A DNA stretch of 64,000 nt from Parvularculaceae bacterium (GTDB lineage: Bacteria > Pseudomonadota > Alphaproteobacteria > Caulobacterales > Parvularculaceae): the NCBI GenBank assembly GCA_020446945.1, contig JAGRDS010000002.1:190194-254193 (forward strand), given 5' to 3'. Positions 61,504 to 64,000 of this stretch are shown piece by piece. A model generated the notes under the pieces. It did no database searches. It worked only from the letters and a program-made list of their open reading frames with translations, and was not told the origin of the DNA. How positions within the stretch are numbered: the first letter of the stretch is position 1; each line of letters starts with the position of its first letter. Made by a program: the position numbers and the translations under genes.

Positions 61504-62762
61504 AGGAAAAACCCGTTGGCGCGCTTGGCGGGGCGAACGCTCGCTTCGATTGGGCGCGCGCGCGCCATGTGACGCGGATCGTCGCTGCGCTGGAAGCGAA
61601 AGAAGCCGGCTCGGTGCGGTTTGTCGGCGGGTGCGTGCGCGACAGCCTGCTCGGCGAAACGCCGAAAGATATCGACATCGCGACGACCTTGACGCCGGAC
61701 GACGTGATGGAAGCGCTGAAGGCGGCCCGTCTCGGCGCTGCGCCGACGGGCGTTGCGCATGGCACGGTGACGGCGATCGCGGATCACAAGGGTGTTGAAG
61801 TGACAACCCTGCGCGCCGATGTTTCGACCGACGGCCGGCGCGCAAGCGTTGCGTTTACGCGCGACTGGGAGGTCGATGCGCGCCGCCGGGATTTCACGAT
61901 CAATGCGATTTACATGACGCCCGGTTTCGATCTCTTCGATCCGGTGGGCGGGATGGAGGATCTGCCGGATCGGCGCGTGCGCTTTATCGGCGCCGCGGAA
62001 GAACGCATCCGCGAGGATTATTTGCGCATATTGCGCTTTTTCAGGTTCTCCGCGCGGTTTGCTTCGACAATCGACGCGGCGGGGCTTGCGGCCTGCGCGG
62101 CGTTGAAAGACGGCATCCGCCGATTGTCGGCTGAACGCATCGGCGATGAAATTATCAATCTGTTGTCGCTGCCCGCGCCGCAAAGCGCCGTTGCGGCCAT
62201 GAAAGCCAGCGGCGTGATGGCGGAAGTCTGGACGGCTCCGGCGCACATTGAGGCGTTGGCGCGTCTGAAAACAATCGCGCCGGCGGCGGAGGGCGCAATC
62301 GCGCTCGCCGCGCTTTACGGCGAAGCCGGCGAGGGGATTGATGTGCGCCTGCGCCTTTCCAATGCGGATGGCGAAAGGCGCCGCAAGGCGGTGCGGAACG
62401 CCGGTCTGGTCGAAAGGACGCTTGGCGAACGCGCCGCGCGCGCCGCGCTTTACCGCATGGGCGCGGATTCCTGGCGCGACGCCTGCCTCGTTGCGCAAGC
62501 CCTGTATCTTGCAGAAAGTGAAAAACCGGACACGCGCGACGCGAATTTCGAGCGCCTTGCGTCCCTGCCGGACCGGTGGGCGCCGCCGGCGTGTCCTTTT
62601 TCGGGCAAGGACGCGCTCGCGGCGGGAGTTGCGAAAGGGCCGTCCGTCGCCAGCGTCATTCGGGCGGCGGAGGCGCGCTGGATCGCGGAAGATTTTCCGT
62701 CCGCCGTGCGCGCCGGCGAAATCTTCGCCGAGGAAGCCGCGCGCGTTATTTCGAAAGGCTGA
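61500..62762 (+). CDS. cca: CCA tRNA nucleotidyltransferase / poly(A) polymerase-family enzyme
   Basis: 420 aa with head-domain motifs FVGGCVRDSLLG..PKDIDIAT and RRDFTINA. It has an ATGA overlap with the NUDIX gene. Confidence 0.8.
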   Translation: MKEKPVGALGGANARFDWARARHVTRIVAALEAKEAGSVRFVGGCVRDSLLGETPKDIDIATTLTPDDVMEALKAARLGAAPTGVAHGTVTAIADHKGVEVTTLRADVSTDGRRASVAFTRDWEVDARRRDFTINAIYMTPGFDLFDPVGGMEDLPDRRVRFIGAAEERIREDYLRILRFFRFSARFASTIDAAGLAACAALKDGIRRLSAERIGDEIINLLSLPAPQSAVAAMKASGVMAEVWTAPAHIEALARLKTIAPAAEGAIALAALYGEAGEGIDVRLRLSNADGERRRKAVRNAGLVERTLGERAARAALYRMGADSWRDACLVAQALYLAESEKPDTRDANFERLASLPDRWAPPACPFSGKDALAAGVAKGPSVASVIRAAEARWIAEDFPSAVRAGEIFAEEAARVISKG

Positions 62763-63957
62763 TATTGCGCAGGCTGTTGGCGATCGACGCAAAGGCGTCA
62801 ACCAGATCGCCGGAGTTCGCTGCGTCGAAATAGTGCCCCGTCGTTGTGGCGCATTGCTCAAGGATATCCTTGATCGTCGTGTCGGTGACTTCAAAAGCGA
62901 TCGTGTAAACGACGATTTCCTGATTTTTGATATTGGCGCAGGTTTCCTCGGTCAGGTCGTTCGCATATTGCTCGCTCGTGCTGTTATGCGTCGGATAATC
63001 GGGGGCGCGCGTGTTTTCGCCGTCCGTCATCAAGATCAGCGCCTTCGTTCCGCGTTCAGCTTCAAGCTCTTCAAACGTCAACGCCTCATCGAAAGGCGCG
63101 TTCGGCGTCAGAAGCATCCAGGCGCCGGAAAGGCCCGCCGGAATGTAGGTCCAACCGCCGGGTTTCAGTCCGGAGATCATCGAATCGAGCGCGCTTTCGC
63201 TGCGGGAAAGCGGCATCAGGCTGGCGGGGCATACAGCGCCAAGAAGCCCCGGCGCCTTGAACGTCGCATAATCTGTATCTTGCGTATTGTAAGGATAATC
63301 GCGCGAACCGATGCAGCCGGTCCAGCCATAGCCGGGAAAGGAAAGCCACGAAGCGTTTTTATAGGCCGCGCCGACGCTGATATATTGCGCAAACGGCACG
63401 ACGCCGATTTTTACGTCCGCATCCTTTTTCTCAAACAGCGTTTTTACGAGATCGCGCGCGGCGTTTTTCATGGTCGTTATTTTACCGTGCTGGTTCATCG
63501 AACCCGTCACGTCGAGCGCCATCGCGACTTCAAGCAGCGGCGGTTTGCCGAGCTTTGCCTCCGGATGCATGTCGATATCGACGTAGCGATGGCCGAGGAC
63601 GCCCATGATCAACGTCTTGATTTCTCCAGAGACATCCAGAACGAACGTGTCTCTCGTTTTGTCGAAGGAAACTGTGAACCCCTTGATGTCAATCGCGGAT
63701 CTCGTGCCCAGCTCGTTGTCGAAAACCTTGCGCGCAACCCCAGTCAGCACAGCCGCGTTTGCGTTCGGGTGTCCGCTCTTGTAGCGCGCTGCGGCGATGA
63801 TCGCCGCGTCGGAGGCTTCGGCGATTTCGGTGCGCAGCGAGTTTGAGCGTTGAACGTCAATTGCAGCGCCGACAGCGGCGAGGATCATGAAGAACATGAT
63901 GCCGAACATGATTGCGATATTGCCGCTTCGATCGGCGAGGAAATTTCGAATGGTCAT
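62746..63957 (-). CDS. TadG-like pilus-assembly protein with a VWA domain
   Basis: I prefer the ATG at 63957 (MTIRNFLADRSGNIAIMFGIMFFMILAAVGAAIDV, a TadE/TadG N-terminal motif). VWA MIDAS LDVTGSM and LILMTDGENT are present. Its 3' end overlaps cca by 17 nt. Confidence 0.8.
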   Translation of the reverse strand: MTIRNFLADRSGNIAIMFGIMFFMILAAVGAAIDVQRSNSLRTEIAEASDAAIIAAARYKSGHPNANAAVLTGVARKVFDNELGTRSAIDIKGFTVSFDKTRDTFVLDVSGEIKTLIMGVLGHRYVDIDMHPEAKLGKPPLLEVAMALDVTGSMNQHGKITTMKNAARDLVKTLFEKKDADVKIGVVPFAQYISVGAAYKNASWLSFPGYGWTGCIGSRDYPYNTQDTDYATFKAPGLLGAVCPASLMPLSRSESALDSMISGLKPGGWTYIPAGLSGAWMLLTPNAPFDEALTFEELEAERGTKALILMTDGENTRAPDYPTHNSTSEQYANDLTEETCANIKNQEIVVYTIAFEVTDTTIKDILEQCATTTGHYFDAANSGDLVDAFASIANSLRNISLSK

Positions 63958-64000
63958 AAGCCGGGGTTTTCTTTCATCCAAAAATAAAAACCGCACCGGC

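Noticed and set aside
1-64000. Search for tRNA, rRNA, tmRNA, RNase P RNA, CRISPR repeats, IS elements/transposases, integrases and toxin-antitoxin pairs.
   Set aside because: I found no T-loop (GGTTCGAATCC-like) with a matching acceptor context. I found no regularly spaced direct repeats and no DDE/tyrosine-recombinase-like ORFs. The GNAT gene at 18812 has no small antitoxin-like partner. This was a by-eye scan, so small or divergent elements could have been missed.
63958-64000. On the minus strand, GCCGGTGCGGTTTTTATTTTTGG at the right window edge looks like the 3' half of a terminator for a gene beyond the window.
   Set aside because: The 5' arm of the putative stem lies outside the window, so the structure cannot be verified.

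Overview
This is a high-GC, gene-dense chromosomal segment with alphaproteobacterial hallmarks. These include a Caulobacter-type flagellar locus (fliX divergent from flgI-cheL-flbY) next to dksA, and a DUF1285-NUDIX-CCA block next to a MoxR/DUF58/BatA-like operon. I can support about 60 protein-coding genes. I recognised no rRNA, tRNA, CRISPR array, transposase or integrase.

Gene content from left to right:
- Thiolase 3' end, paaABCDE, an extra PaaA-like paralogue and paaH.
- A small Cys/His membrane protein and a TonB-dependent receptor.
- cspA.
- An enoyl-CoA hydratase / DsbA-like / secreted beta-helix operon.
- ppdK.
- A SleB-like hydrolase.
- Two GFA-family genes flanking a SnoaL-like lipoprotein.
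- A UDG-family gene.
- A GNAT plus RimK-like ATP-grasp pair.
- ppa.
- A 1072-aa TolB-like/amidohydrolase fusion.
- A MATE pump.
- A GH24 lysozyme with a C-terminal membrane anchor.
- The flagellar P-ring locus, fliX and dksA.
- A stand-alone MetH homocysteine-binding module.
- An ArgE-like gene and a MAPEG gene.
- Envelope-sugar genes: a C-methyltransferase-like gene, galE, vanZ and kdsB.
- scoAB.
- An MFS transporter abutting a gene remnant.
- The tyrosine-catabolism genes maiA and hppD, with a MarR regulator and a hydrolase.
- cutA, queC and queE.
- A MoxR-DUF58-BatA_N/DUF4159-VWA operon.
- sppA.
- DUF1285, a NUDIX hydrolase and cca.
- A TadG-like VWA protein.

Most of this is ordinary core and catabolic content. 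I cannot demonstrate a clear-cut new multi-gene system from sequence alone. The items most worth a second look are:
- Mutually exclusive hairpins ending in a U-tract in the MATE leader.
- A Zur-box-like palindrome inside a near-consensus promoter, ahead of a small CxxC protein and a His/Asp/Glu-rich TonB receptor.
- The GNAT/RLAN-ATP-grasp pair.
- The signal-less, tail-anchored GH24 lysozyme next to a flagellar locus whose FlgJ-like protein has only a rod-binding domain.
- The functionally uncharacterised MoxR/VWA membrane operon, with a flagellin-like orphan gene downstream.
- A strongly structured convergent intergenic region at 48.44-48.68 kb.
- A 29-codon hydrophobic ORF with a strong Shine-Dalgarno (SD) sequence.

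All homology statements come from motif recognition by eye. No searches were run.
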